DNA of 63,535 nucleotides, filler included, from Globobulimina sp. (taxonomy: Eukaryota): the NCBI GenBank assembly GCA_003354225.1. It is 23 parts of 23 records of this genome, joined end to end, with 100 filler letters (N's around TTAATTAATTAA, not from the genome) between each part and the next. Parts side by side here need not be neighbours in the genome. Positions count along the whole stretch, not along the records: positions 13,840 to 16,506 come from PIVH01005444.1; positions 16,607 to 19,273 come from PIVH01005445.1; positions 19,374 to 22,040 come from PIVH01005446.1; positions 22,141 to 24,807 come from PIVH01005447.1; positions 24,908 to 27,574 come from PIVH01005448.1; 18 more parts are not named here. The stretch is one strand, 5' to 3'. Every line of letters begins with the position of its first letter. Position 1 is the first letter of the stretch. Below the pieces are notes generated by a model, which was given only the letters and a program-made list of their open reading frames with translations, made no database searches and was not told the origin of the DNA. Below, one piece after another: positions 14,226-26,991 of this stretch. The position numbers were made by a program, and so were the translations under genes.

Positions 14226-15925
14226 TTATAAACACGCAGCTCCGGCCACAGCACATTGACTACATCTCCCATCCAAAGAAACCGTACATCCCGGACACGA
14301 ACCCTCTTTGTCACAATGTATCTCACCGACATCCGTATAATAATAATCCAATTTCACATTAATACACGCATCCGACGAGGAACAAAACACCTCTCCAGCA
14401 TCAATTCTTTTATTTGCGTCATAATTAATAATCATAATATTCATATTGGTGCAACTAAACGGCGAGCCACATTTAATTCCTTTAAACGCAGTGGTCGGTG
14501 AAGTGCCATCCATCACAATGGTTAACGCAAAATTACTGCACGAACCCGCATCATTACAAACTAACTCAAAATCTTGTAACGGATTCGTAATCGTTTCCGT
14601 CATCCCCTTACATAGTCCCGACACACATTCTAATTTTTGTAGCCCCGACACACAGCCATCTACACCACGTAAATTATCACACGCCGAACTTAAGCCACCT
14701 GCACAGCGACAATTCTCTATAAATATATTTGGACCAATATCAAATACTGCATTCTTGCACGATTTCGAAGCCCCACACGATAACTCCTCAATATGTAGGT
14801 CCACACTGCCACCACTAATCATATGCGGGTTGGCAATCACTTTATGAATGGATATCTGCATTCCCTCGCAGGCATAGGCACTGTTACAGATTATGCCGCG
14901 AAACTCTTCGATTTCTGGGTCGGTGACAAGTATCTCAACATTGAGGTTCCTGCACGCTGCAAACCCCGCACATGATATAGAAAAACCATTTTGTGGGTTC
15001 GTCATTAATAAGTTTGCGTTATAACAACCAAACTCGCCGCCACATAATACACCCTCTACGTTATCGGCAGTGATGGTAGAATCGGTACACGCCGCTTCCG
15101 CGCCACATACAATGGCTCCGCCTACGTTGTTGTTTAAGTTAAAGGTGGCATCGCGACAGGAATCGTGCGAACAGAGCATCCCTAAAGAATTTGTCACGTC
15201 GAAATACGCGCGTTGCGTCGGGTCGGTTGGGTGTCCTTTGCAGGAATCATCACCCACACATTGGATGGGACAGCCTCGACTGATACATTCTAAATGGAAT
15301 CGACTATATGCACAGGAAAAATCACCTGGTTTTGTGTTGCGTGTTTTGTGAGGGTTTGTTGGTGCGACATAGCTACAATACCTGTACAACCCATTAAGTT
15401 TATATTTGTACCATGGATATTCGTTTGCATACAGGAAACATCTCCGTTGCAATCGATACGAGCGCCCATTGTTTTCTCTCCAATTAAATCGATATATTTT
15501 ACGCCAAAACACGAGGAATCTCCATTGCAAACTAAGTCGGTACAATCTGGACCACAGATCATTTGACCACAGATACAACAGTCATGGTTATGGATACATT
15601 GGATTTTGCCATGGGTGCCTCGCAAGGTTTGGCCGACTTGTTTACATTGGTCAGGGAAGTCACCTGATGCCGGAGTACAATCTTGACCGTAAAGACCTGC
15701 GATTGGTGGCGAGGTTGGTTCCATGGCAGGGGCGCCACCTAAATGTGCTGGTGGTACTGGCTCAGGTTGGCGTGGTCCAAAATGACCGGTGATTGGAGGT
15801 GGTGCTGGGGACACCGGTGGTTGGTCTGGAATAAGTAATACACGGCGGTTTCCACCTGCTTCTTTTGCACCGCGAACACTGTTATAAGTTATTAGAAATA
15901 GAAAGAAGGCGAAAATTCTGGCCAT
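14226..15925 (-). CDS. Secreted Cys-rich repeat protein with Pro-rich N-terminus, one intron near 15328-15381
   Basis: Signal peptide MARIFAFFLFL; many C-x4-[SA]C repeats; the two ORFs join via GTATTG...ACCAG. Confidence 0.75.
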
Positions 15926-16065
15926 ATTGTGGTGTTTATTTATGTTGATTGGTTTGTACAGTTGGTTTGGTGTTTGTCGTTTTTGTTAGGAGTTCACGGG
16001 ATGTTAGAACAAAGTAAAAGGTTTTGGATTGAGAATTTTCAGGATTTGATTTTTACAGTTTTTTA

Positions 16066-16506
16066 ATGGCAAATGTCAAGTCGCAACAAGAAAAACCAAA
16101 AAGTGAAATAAAAGAAGAGAAACTTGAAGAAAATATCGTAAATGATGATGAAGAAAAGTACTCAGTGAATTTGCCACGAGTCTATATTTCAGCCAACAAA
16201 GACCATGTCATTGATATTGATAATTTGGAGGTCAAAGTGGAACCAACAGATAATTGGAAGATATATCAACGGATAGGACGCGGTAAATATAGCGAAGTCT
16301 TTGAAGGTAAGAATCTAAATTCTGGCTTAACTGCTTGTGTCAAGATATTAAAACCATGCGTGCCGAAATTATTAAAATTAGAGATTTACGTATTGCAATT
16401 GCTCAGAAGTGGACCCAATATCATCCAATTATTGCATACTTTGAAAGATAATAAATCAAATTTATGGTGTTTGGTATTCGAGATATTGCAATGCAAGGAA
16501 TTGAAA
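16066..16506 (+). CDS. CSNK2A: Casein kinase II alpha-like, N-terminal part
   Basis: RVY..AN, IGRGKYSEVFEG, VKILKP, GPNIIQL, LVFE. Confidence 0.85.
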
Positions 16507-16719
16507 NNNNNNNNNNNNNNNNNNNNNNNNNNNNNNNNNNNNNNNNNNNNTTAATTAATTAANNNNNNNNNNNNNNNNNNNNNNNNNNNNNNNNNNNNNN
16601 NNNNNNAGAGGAAATATTATTGAAATACACTGAAGCTTTCGCACAATGCAACAAATACAAAAAATTATCTAAACACTTACGAGTCAAATTAGTGCAAAAA
16701 AATGAGGAGATAAAAAAAC

Positions 16720-17199
16720 ATAACGATGTAACCCTGTAAATGGTGGTGGTCCTGGTCCCATATAGGAGGCCAATGTTATTCCTTTCTGCAACTCATTTGA
16801 TGGAATGTTTATAACCATCCAATGCAATCTATATATATATGCAATTGTAAAATGCATTATAATTTATCAAAAACACTAAACATGTCCTTTAAAAATGGTG
16901 CCCTTCTTGATGGTGGGTCAGGATCCACCATCATCAATGTATAATGTTTATCTTTAACACATTTCCAGGCAACATGTGGTTGCATGGATGACTCTGAAGG
17001 TGATACTTCTTGTGCTGGTTTAATTAATTCAGTGTTAAATTTCACTTCTAACTGTTCCGTCGGTAATTCTGTTGTCAATATATCAGACATTATGCCAAAT
17101 TCAACAATTGGTTTGGAAATACCAACATAAGCATTGGATGCATCACTCAATGAGTTGGTTTTCATTCTCGCAACGGTACTGTAATATCCTAATCCCATG
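16720..17199 (-). CDS. PEBP/RKIP family protein, one intron, 3' end cut by a chimeric join
   Basis: YTLMMVDPDPPSR, then next exon LHWMVINIP..YMGPGPPPFTGLHRYVF. Confidence 0.9.
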
Positions 17200-17259
17200 T
17201 TTTGTTTTAGAAAAACTTTAAACTGAACTAAAGTTTTCATCTCAAATATTAATTAAAAC

Positions 17260-19088
17260 ATGGCACAACAGCAAAATATTCAAACATATCAGCACCTCTA
17301 CCAAGAAAACAACACTTTATCTGTCATGTACGAGGAAATATTATTGAAATACACTGAAGCTTTCGCACAATGCACCAAATACAAAAAATTATCTAAACAC
17401 TTACGAGTCAAATTAGTGCAAAAAAATGAGGAGATAAAAAAACTGCAAAAAATAATAAACAATCATCCTCAAATACCACCAAATTAAAAGCTCAAGTCAA
17501 TATTTTAAAATCCTACAACGAAAACATCAAACAACAAAATGAGAGAAACAAGGCAAAAATCGAGGAATTAACAAATGCCAATGCCAAATTACAAAGCAAT
17601 ATGATCACATTGACCCAAAAACATCATGCAAAACAAAGACAGCTAACCCGATCTAAACAAAAGTTACTCGGACAAACCGAAACTTTAAAAGCTGCCCTCA
17701 ATACCGAACAAACTAAAAACTTACAGTTATTGCAAAATGTCAAAACTATCACAGAACACCACACTGAACAAATAGCACAAATAGAAGCGAATACTGGCCA
17801 CACTGCACACACATGGCAGGAGAATGAGTTTTTGGCAGAAATTGGGCGTTTGAACAATGTGATTTATGCCAAGGATAAATTCCATGCTCAACTCCAATCA
17901 GACAATGATTTGTTTAGAAGAGAGCTCGACGACTCCAGACTGGAAATTGCTATATGTAACTCGCAAAAACAAGACAAATTGGTTTGTCGCTTGAATGAAC
18001 AGCTCGAAAGATTGCAGGGCGAAATTAAACAATACAAAGAGCAGCAACATAGTAACAGCAATATTCAAAGTCAATGTGGTGACTTATTGGAGGTACATAC
18101 TGAATGTGAGGAGACTATCCACTCTTTGACTGCTGACAAAGATGCGTTGGGCAAAGAGATAACTGCCATGAAACGGGAACAGATTGTGATTAGAGAGGAG
18201 AATAAAAAGTTAATGGCTGCTTTCGATGAATTTGAAGTCAAACTACAGATTCAAGAAAAGAGTGATGATGATACTGACCAAGGAAGCGTTTTTAATCCGT
18301 GCGATGATTACAGCGAGGAAAAGGGTGATATTTTAGATGGGCGTGACTTAATTTTGTTGGATGACGAATTGTGTATCAAATTGGAGGAAGATTTGGAAAA
18401 TTATAGGTCTGACCAGCGAAGGAAAAAGAAATTAAAAGAATTGCGACTATTTCATGAGAGAAAAAGGCAGGTTTTGAGGGATTGGAAACATTCGTTGTTT
18501 AATAATGGTTATAAGACATTGTGGGAGATAATGTTGGATAAATTGGAGGATAAATATGACGATTATGAAGGATTAGAGCATGCGGTATATCAGATATTAT
18601 TTTATGTTGTCATTGAATGTTATGAGGTATTACAGAGTGAATATAATAAAATGGCAGGAAACGAATATCTGAGTCCAAATGTAGTTGATATGGTATTGAT
18701 GAATATAGCGAATTTTTATGATTTGATGAAAAGAAATAAATTAACAAAACGGATTGTTAATATTTGTGCTTATATCAATGGTAAAGTTGAGAAAATATAC
18801 AAATGCGTTGAAGATAGACATGTACGTTATGTTGATATTGATTTTAAACCGGATTTGTGTCAATTTATAGTTGAATGTTGTGAAACAATATGGAGTGTAT
18901 TGCATTATCAATGTAATATTTATCCGGTGAATTGTGTAATGAATGGCAGTGATATAAAATATGATGATAAGATACATGAAAAGGAGGGGGATGCTGAAGG
19001 TGATAATATTGAATTTTGTGCATTTCCAGCGATAATGAAAGAAAATGAATATCAAACAAAAATGTGGGTTATTTGTGATGAGCTATAA
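17260..19088 (+). CDS. Long coiled-coil hypothetical protein; single-base frameshift in poly-A near 17450
   Basis: ORFs 17260-17487 and 17601-19088 join if one A is added at the A-run. Confidence 0.6.
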
Positions 19089-20062
19089 TTGTTGAAATAA
19101 GGCAATTGCCCCTTATGTACAGTTTAATTGTCTGTAATGGATTTGTAGAGGAGTTTGGGTGTATTCTCATTATAAAAGAATTCATAGAAGAATGAGAATA
19201 ACACGAAAACGAAATTTACATTCCATTCACAAGCGATTTCATCGTATATATACTATATATTTATTGTTCTTTTNNNNNNNNNNNNNNNNNNNNNNNNNNN
19301 NNNNNNNNNNNNNNNNNTTAATTAATTAANNNNNNNNNNNNNNNNNNNNNNNNNNNNNNNNNNNNNNNNNNNNAGAAAATATATAGAAATATAACTAAAA
19401 TATTAAGAAAGATCGCGGTAGAAATATAAGAGAAAGTAATATTTTTTTTTTTCTAAATTTCATATTTCTACAGCATATTTCTACCATAAATCGCTCAATA
19501 TTATTAATTTTCTATAATAAATATTGCATATTTCTCGAGTGTCTAAAAGCTATAGCAATATGGTAGAAAATGAATAGAAACATAAAAAAGAAACAACATA
19601 GAAATATGAATTATCTTCTTAATTTTCTTAACTTAATAATTTTCATTTAAGAATTTCATCATATTCATAAACATGATCATCAATTGTTCTCCCTCTTGTT
19701 TGTTTTCTTCACCATATCGCATGAAGAGTTTTAAAATGGTGTGTATGGTGTATAGGAGGTTGAAATAGGTGGTTTCACAGGTTCCATCCATAGTGGTAAC
19801 GATAGTGGCCCCTTTAATTGCTATATCATACATTACTGTGATTATTGTGTTAGTGTAACTTTGTTACTATACAACTCTCAAGGTTCCATGGTGCAAGGAG
19901 TCATATTACTGCAACAAATTGATGCTATTTTTTATTTAAAATATTTACATACAAAAAAAAAAATATAAAATTAATATCATTAATATAATATTAATGTAGC
20001 ATTAATATATCTTTAATATATCTTATATACGAATGCTATATTATTAGTCAGCGAACAGATAT

Positions 20063-20644
20063 CTATTCTTTTGATTTTTTATCTGATTTAGTATTTTTTG
20101 GTTCATTTTTTTCTTTAGAAGCTTTTGATTTTTTCTCTTCCTTATTTTGTGCTTCAATTAAATTCATTAATCCTTCCTCTTCCTGTGGACTAATACTTAA
20201 TAAACACTGCGTAATTTTAATAATTCTATCACTATCCCGATTTATAGCACGAGATCTTGGTGTTTTATCTTCAACATCTTCAGCTTCCATTGCATACGTC
20301 ATTGCGGCGCTAAATTCTTTCTCTTTGTAATGTATCGATGCCAACGTAAGATTCTTCGTCCTAATTTGAATTTTATCCTCCTCCACTAATATTAACTCAG
20401 CTGTTGCAATTTTATACATTGCATTAAGAGAGTCATGAGGATTTTCATTCATATGATTACGGGCCATATGTAAAAAACCATCTGCGCATTGTAAACGAAG
20501 TAAACGTGGTCCTTTTCGAAGACCTTCGATATATTTCTTAAATCCCTTATCGGTTTGCATTTTATTTTCAGCAATCATATGCCGCTTAAAATCCCATTTT
20601 AATCGTGGAATCATATCAATTTTCACAGGCCTTTGTTCTGCCAT
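20063..20644 (-). CDS. Hypothetical helical (TPR-like) protein
   Basis: 193-aa ORF with LTLASIHYKEKEFSAAMTYA, TPR-like. Confidence 0.45.
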   Translation of the reverse strand: MAEQRPVKIDMIPRLKWDFKRHMIAENKMQTDKGFKKYIEGLRKGPRLLRLQCADGFLHMARNHMNENPHDSLNAMYKIATAELILVEEDKIQIRTKNLTLASIHYKEKEFSAAMTYAMEAEDVEDKTPRSRAINRDSDRIIKITQCLLSISPQEEEGLMNLIEAQNKEEKKSKASKEKNEPKNTKSDKKSKE

Positions 20645-20888
20645 TCTTTTGTAGTCAGTCTTAGAGAAAGTGAAAAACTTGTGTTACTACCGAGATACTA
20701 CTGAGATACTATATTAGTAATATGTCACTAATATTGCAATAATGTACTAGTAATATGATTGCTTTCAATCTTATATATTTTGAAAGTATTACTAAGAAAA
20801 TCAAAAGTCAAATATTTTGAAATTTATTACAAATATACTAGAAATATGAAAGTAATATAATTAAACGAAAAATAGTACAAAAAAAAAT

Positions 20889-22040
20889 TTATTTATTAGT
20901 TCGTTTTTTCTTTTGTTTGTTTCCTCTGTATCTTTTATTTCCTTTCTTTCCTTTCTTTCCTTTATTTCCTTTCTTTGTCTTTGGCGAATACCTATATCCT
21001 GTCTTCAATTTTCTATTGCGACGGCTTCTTCCTTTATTATATGGTTTATTCTCTTTATTTGTTGTCATGATTGTATCATTATCCGACGCTGATTCTTCAT
21101 AATCACTCTCTTCTTTCTTCCTATTTTCTGACTCAGACTCCAAATCCGTTTTTTTATTTTCATCACTCTCTTCCCCAGGCTCATACATGCTTGTTTCTAA
21201 CTCTGTTCCATCTGTTTCTTCCAATTGATCACTACTTATATCATCAGTATCCACTCCCGCACCCGGCGATTTATTCTTATCACTTGGTTTTTTTTTCTTG
21301 TATTTGCTTCGTAGACTGCGATTGTGGGCTTGACTTGCAACTGACTCCCTCTCTGTACCCGACTGAGACGACTCTATCCCGCAATAATCATCTTCCGAAG
21401 TCAGAGTTTGTTTTTTCTTTTTTTTTTTCTTAGCTGCTTTAGAATTCGACTCATCCTCAGTTTCCTTATTCGAGTCATCCGCAGTTTCATCTCTTTCAGG
21501 TTCATTTCGAAAATCGTCTGGAAACCACTCTGCCTCATCAATATAGTTTTGCTGTCTTTTTAGCCCACAATGGTTGCAACAAAATGCTTCCTCGCATTTA
21601 GCACAAATCCAATAATATAAATTACGGTTTAACCGCGACTGAGCGTCATTCAGCATACGCGTCTCTAGACATCGTGTACAATAAAAATCATAGCATGGAG
21701 TTGGATAATCTAGGCGGAGACATTTGGTACTTTTTCTATGATAATAATGATGCGAACAATTTGTATAATCCAATAATATATCATCCGTATTTGTTGGTGT
21801 CGTTGCTGCGATAAGTGATGACGGTGGTTCTGCGGAACGCTCTGCTGAGTTTGATGTGGTTGCGATCTGTGGCGACGATTGTGCCACTGCGTTCTGTGGT
21901 TCATCTGTGTCCAGTGGTGGCGGTGTTGCATCCTTTTCTTCTGGTGGCGGTGTTGCATCCTTTTCTTCTGGTGGCGGTGTTACATCCTTTCGGTTACGTC
22001 GATGTCCACGTTTTGTTTTTTTAACACTCGGTTCATCTTT
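20889..22040 (-). CDS. Hypothetical low-complexity protein with a Cys cluster, basic C-terminus and 9-aa repeats; 5' truncated
   Basis: The frame stays open to the contig end; CTRC..CAKC..CCNHC. Confidence 0.5.
   Translation of the reverse strand, partial: KDEPSVKKTKRGHRRNRKDVTPPPEEKDATPPPEEKDATPPPLDTDEPQNAVAQSSPQIATTSNSAERSAEPPSSLIAATTPTNTDDILLDYTNCSHHYYHRKSTKCLRLDYPTPCYDFYCTRCLETRMLNDAQSRLNRNLYYWICAKCEEAFCCNHCGLKRQQNYIDEAEWFPDDFRNEPERDETADDSNKETEDESNSKAAKKKKKKKQTLTSEDDYCGIESSQSGTERESVASQAHNRSLRSKYKKKKPSDKNKSPGAGVDTDDISSDQLEETDGTELETSMYEPGEESDENKKTDLESESENRKKEESDYEESASDNDTIMTTNKENKPYNKGRSRRNRKLKTGYRYSPKTKKGNKGKKGKKGNKRYRGNKQKKKRTNK
21914..21990. repeat. 27-bp tandem repeat x~3 encoding EEKDATPPP on the minus strand
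   Basis: GGTGGCGGTGTTGCATCCTTTTCTTCT units. Confidence 0.85.
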
Positions 22041-22929
22041 NNNNNNNNNNNNNNNNNNNNNNNNNNNNNNNNNNNNNNNNNNNNTTAATTAATTAANNNN
22101 NNNNNNNNNNNNNNNNNNNNNNNNNNNNNNNNNNNNNNNNATTCATTTCATTACCACACACAAACACAATTAACACACATACAAACACAATTAACACAAC
22201 GCAAATGTGTTCGTTGTGGAGGATTATGTGTTCGTTGTGAAGGGTTGCACGTTGTTATAACACACTATACATCACGAAATTATTGCACAATCCGACACTA
22301 TACATCACAAAATTATTGCACAATCAGATTTGTATTTGTTTGTTATTGTTTTGTCCATTGATATTGATTGAATGGACATATTTCATTGATGTGCACAATG
22401 TTGTTTGCGTCGCACTTATTGGTTGCACATGTTCCAAGCCAAGTTGACTCAATTTTGAAAACTTTTCGCCCATTGTTTCGTTTCGGAAAAAGAATGAGAA
22501 ATTATAGCATGAATCAACACACACATTTAATCCGACACACATTTAATCCGACGTCATGATGATAACGTTAATATTCTGTTTGCTGCACCAAAAAAACAAA
22601 ATGGCATGGGATGTATTGGTTGTGGAGGATCAAATGCAATGTTAACTAAAAATAACAGATAAAAAATAGTGAATGATAAAAAATAGTGAATGACAATTTG
22701 AGAAAAATGTTAAAGGATGCGCAGACAAAAGAAGATATGTTAGCCACGGAAAGAGAGAAATTAGAGAACGAATGTAAACAAACGACATTAGAAAATTTTA
22801 AATTGAAACAAAAATACGCTCAACAGAAAATATTAAACGCAGATGATTGAGTCATTGATTGATTGTGATATTTTTTTGTGAGTGTAATTTAAAGACGTTT
22901 TTCAAAGTCCTAACGGAAAGTATTATGTT

Positions 22930-24060
22930 TTACTCTTTTTCATAATCTTTGAATGTATCAGCATTTATAATACCCAATTTAGATAATTTACCTTTTCCAA
23001 ATGCACCTAAATCTTCAATATTATATCCATGTTTGTAAATACACATTTGTGGATCATTAAAATTATTAAATATTGGTATGAATTTTGAAATGTTTGCATC
23101 AATTTTGAATGGAGTTCTTCTAAAATCTTTATTTCTCGGAAATAATAAATATCTTACACCAAATTTATGTATTTTCAATAAAAAATCAATCAAATAATAA
23201 TAAATAATCGATGATTTATGAGTCCACAATGCTCTTCTCAAATTTGGAGGCACCAAATGTTCCCACATTGACTTTAGTATGTGTTGAGCATGCCTATTTT
23301 GTGTTATATCCTTTACAAAAAAATCTTGTGCTACAGTCAGTTTATTATTGTATTCATCATATTTCATATGTTTATTTTCATATTTTTTAACCCATTTTAT
23401 ACATTGTATATAATTTATTGGAATATATTTAATATTCATAGCAATTCCCATTTCTTTTGTAATTTGATACAACGCTATTTTTTCAATTTCTAATAATGGT
23501 CTATAACAATATTTTGATAAATATAATGGACATACAATATATTGAAGCAATAAATACAAATATTCATCATTTTTAATAGTTTTGTATTGTGAATGAAAAT
23601 AATTGATTCGTTTAATTGCGGTTTGTCCACGTTTAGAATGAATACCATTTTCGAGATATTCTCGCATAAGAAAGTCTTGATCTTCTGTTCGTTTAACTAT
23701 ATTTTTTGGATTGAATTGTTTTGTTTTGTATAACAGTTTGGAAATACGCGGAATACCAAATGATTTATATAATGCTAATAACCAAGAAATGGACACTGTT
23801 TATAAACAAAGAAATAATAATTAATTTATTTGATTTTTTATAATATATATACATACATAACTTATAAATGGAAACTCTCGAAACATTACATTTGTGAAAA
23901 TAGTATAATATTGTGTGTATGTTAATTTTGTACCAGTTTTTGAAATATTGTCATGTAAAGTTTTGTATTTGTAACGTTTAATTCTAACAATAATAACATA
24001 AATACTCAATGTGAATATCAAAGCAAATGTTAGTGTTAACGTTGTTGTTGTTAGAATCAT
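22930..24060 (-). CDS. ER-bound oxygenase MpaB/DUF2236-like protein, one intron near 23797-23856
   Basis: N-terminal TM, REFPF, LYKSFGIPRISKLLYKTKQF, KRTED, AIKRINYFHSQY, IKNDEYLYLL, MGIAMNIKYIP. Confidence 0.85.
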
Positions 24061-25390
24061 TCTTGGTGGTTTGTTTCTTTAGAACTGGGCCAACTGGCTT
24101 CTTCAGTGAGGACAAGAATGATTGAGGGTGTGTAATTCCGATAGAAAAAAGGGTAAAGAATCTTAAAATAGAATCTAAAAATATAATAGCGATGCAAATA
24201 TAGAATATCGATAAAAATGTGGATTATGGAACTTTGAGCACAGCTACCAATGTTTACAATGCAGCTGACTTACACATCTAGTATTCACTCCGTTTTTTGT
24301 CTATTAAAGCTCTAGCTGGTAAACACGCCATCTGAATATACTGGAGATTTTTGTGTCAATTGCTTCCCATTCGTTTCTTAGCCGGCATTAGACTAGTACT
24401 ACGCTGGTTTTCTCAGTTATTTCTCATTAAATTCGATATCCAAATCAATTGACACAAAAATGACATTAATAACTTATCTTTTACACCGCAAGCAATCCCC
24501 GATACAGGATTATATGGAAGTGACGGCCTTTAGTTTTCATCTTGTGTCGACTCATCCCTCGACGTGTTAATAGAGTATACCATTATACTCCTCACTTGGT
24601 TAAAGGTTGACATTTCACAAAATAGTACATTTTGTAAGCTTTTGTCATTGTCATGTATGTGTTTTGTCTATCTATTGTCAAGTACTATATATACCACCCG
24701 AAATATCTCTCTAGTAGAAATAATTGTCATTTTGTCCACGTTGATGACAAATATGTCACAGTGTCATACATATTGTCTAAATCACAAATTATGACATGCC
24801 ACATCGTNNNNNNNNNNNNNNNNNNNNNNNNNNNNNNNNNNNNNNNNNNNNTTAATTAATTAANNNNNNNNNNNNNNNNNNNNNNNNNNNNNNNNNNNNN
24901 NNNNNNNATTTTTCATGATTTTTCTCATTTTTCAGGGATTTTCCTCATTTTCATCGATTTTTCTCATTTCCATGAAAATTGTTATATATATCCTAGATAT
25001 GAGATCCGAGATATGAGATATCATGTTATTTTCATGATATTCGATATTTCTGAAACTAACATATTCGTCTTCTTTTCAATCAAAAAGTGAGAAGTAATAA
25101 AACAATCGAAAAACGTATATTAGCGACGCTTCGGAGTAATACGTCTATACCAGTGGACACTTTATGCGACATGATGAAGGACAGAGAAGCACATTTTTTT
25201 TTAAGGAGGGGGTTACAAAAACACACAATCAAACACAAGTACATTTAACGGTCTGGAGTGCAAGTGACCAGTGCAACTAATGGGATATACCCGATAAAAT
25301 GTGTCATGAGAAGAGCAAAAGCAATTCCAATAATCTTTCATCTGGAGCGATACTTGTTCATGTATTAATTCTGTTGGTAGTTATTCGTTT

Positions 25391-25837
25391 ATGTTACGTT
25401 GGCGAGATTTTAAAGAGTTTTCAAAGGAAAACAAAAAAGATTGGAAACAAATTGGCATTCCAAATGTGGTTAGAGTGTGGGTGTGTCGTCAAGGAGGCGA
25501 TGAGTTTGCGATGGTGGTCAAAGGATATGCTCACAAAGAGTCGAGTCAACAAAAGTTATATGATTTATTGAAGAGTGAAGTGAATAGAAAAAGAATTGAG
25601 AATCCACAAAGAGTGAAAGGGATTGAGAATATTACAATCAGTGTTGGTGTCTGTCATGGATATGCAATCACAGATTATAAAGAATGCCTTAAAAAAGCTG
25701 ATGACGCTGCAGAAATCGTGAAAAAGAATGGCAGAAATGAAGTGAAATTGTATTTAAAATATGGTAATAAAATGGTATCAAATTTGAGCGACAAGCTAGA
25801 TTATCTGTTTCTGTATTGGATCAACGTGATATCATAG
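25391..25837 (+). CDS. GGDEF (diguanylate cyclase-like) domain, C-terminal half
   Basis: RQGGDEFAMVV, ITISVGV, LKKADDA..VKKNGRNEV; YVGEIL lies in the adjacent frame. Confidence 0.8.
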   Translation: MLRWRDFKEFSKENKKDWKQIGIPNVVRVWVCRQGGDEFAMVVKGYAHKESSQQKLYDLLKSEVNRKRIENPQRVKGIENITISVGVCHGYAITDYKECLKKADDAAEIVKKNGRNEVKLYLKYGNKMVSNLSDKLDYLFLYWINVIS

Positions 25838-26991
25838 TCAAAATAAACATATCTGACACATTGCCACCATGTAACATACTGATTGTGCTTTTCATACCAT
25901 GACATATTCCATAATGTTTGAAATGAATCGTAATAAGACATCAAATGAACATTTTTTAATCTTTTATCAAATTGACGTGTTTTACCATTATTTATTTTAT
26001 AGTTTAATTCATTTTCATTATGAATTCTATTGAAGTAATATTTCAATTTGTACCCAGGTATTTGGGTATCATAATGATGTAAATGATGATATTCAAGACC
26101 CATCGTAAAGAATGATATTATGAACGGTACTTTATGACAGCTTGAACCATAAATGCATGCGTCTTTCACATTGTAACCGGAATTAGAAGTCTTTTGGTAC
26201 GCTGGATTGGAGGAATGTTGAATATGAAACAACAAAACACCAAAAAACGAAATACAATAAGTGCGAATAAAGTTTATTATAAAATATGTAAAATACGTCG
26301 CTTCTTTATTTTCTGTAAGTTGAATAAATTGAAACAAAAATGGTATTATAATGAATCCCAACATCTTGGTCAGCAATGTTTGATACTGTTTTTGTTTTAT
26401 AGTGTAAATCAGAGATAGAATATAAAACAAAAGAATGGGTGTCGATAAAAAATATATTGGCGGAAATCTAAATATGATATACAATAATTTTGAATATTTA
26501 TTTTTTATCTTCTTAATATTATCTAAATTATCAATGTCTGATGCACTGATTGTTACAGATGCGTCATGAATATCTAAATTTCCTGAGACGGAATGATGAT
26601 GATGATGCTCTTTTCTCCATTCTGGAAATGAAATATTAATCGGGTTAACAAAGCCTACCACCTGACTAATGTAATTGTTTAGTTTTGAGTTATTGGTAAA
26701 TGAATTATGTGCACAATCATGCACTATGATAAATGCTTTGGTTGACACTAATGACATGGTTAAAATCCAACTTATTATCAATAAATTATTTGTAATACTA
26801 TTGACACTCCAATTGGGTTGAATTATACATAATAAAATGAACATAATAAATATTTGCAATAAATGAAACTGCCAATGCAGAGTGACTTGATTCCACTTGT
26901 ATCCACTTGGATGTACATTTGGAGAAACGTATGTTCCAAACAAATTTGTGTCCATTAATATTCCAATTGTTAAATTTGTTGCGATCTTCAA
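25801..26991 (-). CDS. Membrane fatty acid desaturase (delta12/Des-like)
   Basis: His boxes HDCAH, EHHHHH, YHHLHH; LFHIQH; TM segments. Confidence 0.9.
   Translation of the reverse strand: MKIATNLTIGILMDTNLFGTYVSPNVHPSGYKWNQVTLHWQFHLLQIFIMFILLCIIQPNWSVNSITNNLLIISWILTMSLVSTKAFIIVHDCAHNSFTNNSKLNNYISQVVGFVNPINISFPEWRKEHHHHHSVSGNLDIHDASVTISASDIDNLDNIKKIKNKYSKLLYIIFRFPPIYFLSTPILLFYILSLIYTIKQKQYQTLLTKMLGFIIIPFLFQFIQLTENKEATYFTYFIINFIRTYCISFFGVLLFHIQHSSNPAYQKTSNSGYNVKDACIYGSSCHKVPFIISFFTMGLEYHHLHHYDTQIPGYKLKYYFNRIHNENELNYKINNGKTRQFDKRLKNVHLMSYYDSFQTLWNMSWYEKHNQYVTWWQCVRYVYFDYDITLIQYRNR

Noticed and set aside
16607-16719. ~112-bp near-exact copy of 17332-17443 truncating the PEBP gene
   Set aside because: It sits at a contig end and joins through an A-run microhomology, typical of an amplification or assembly chimera
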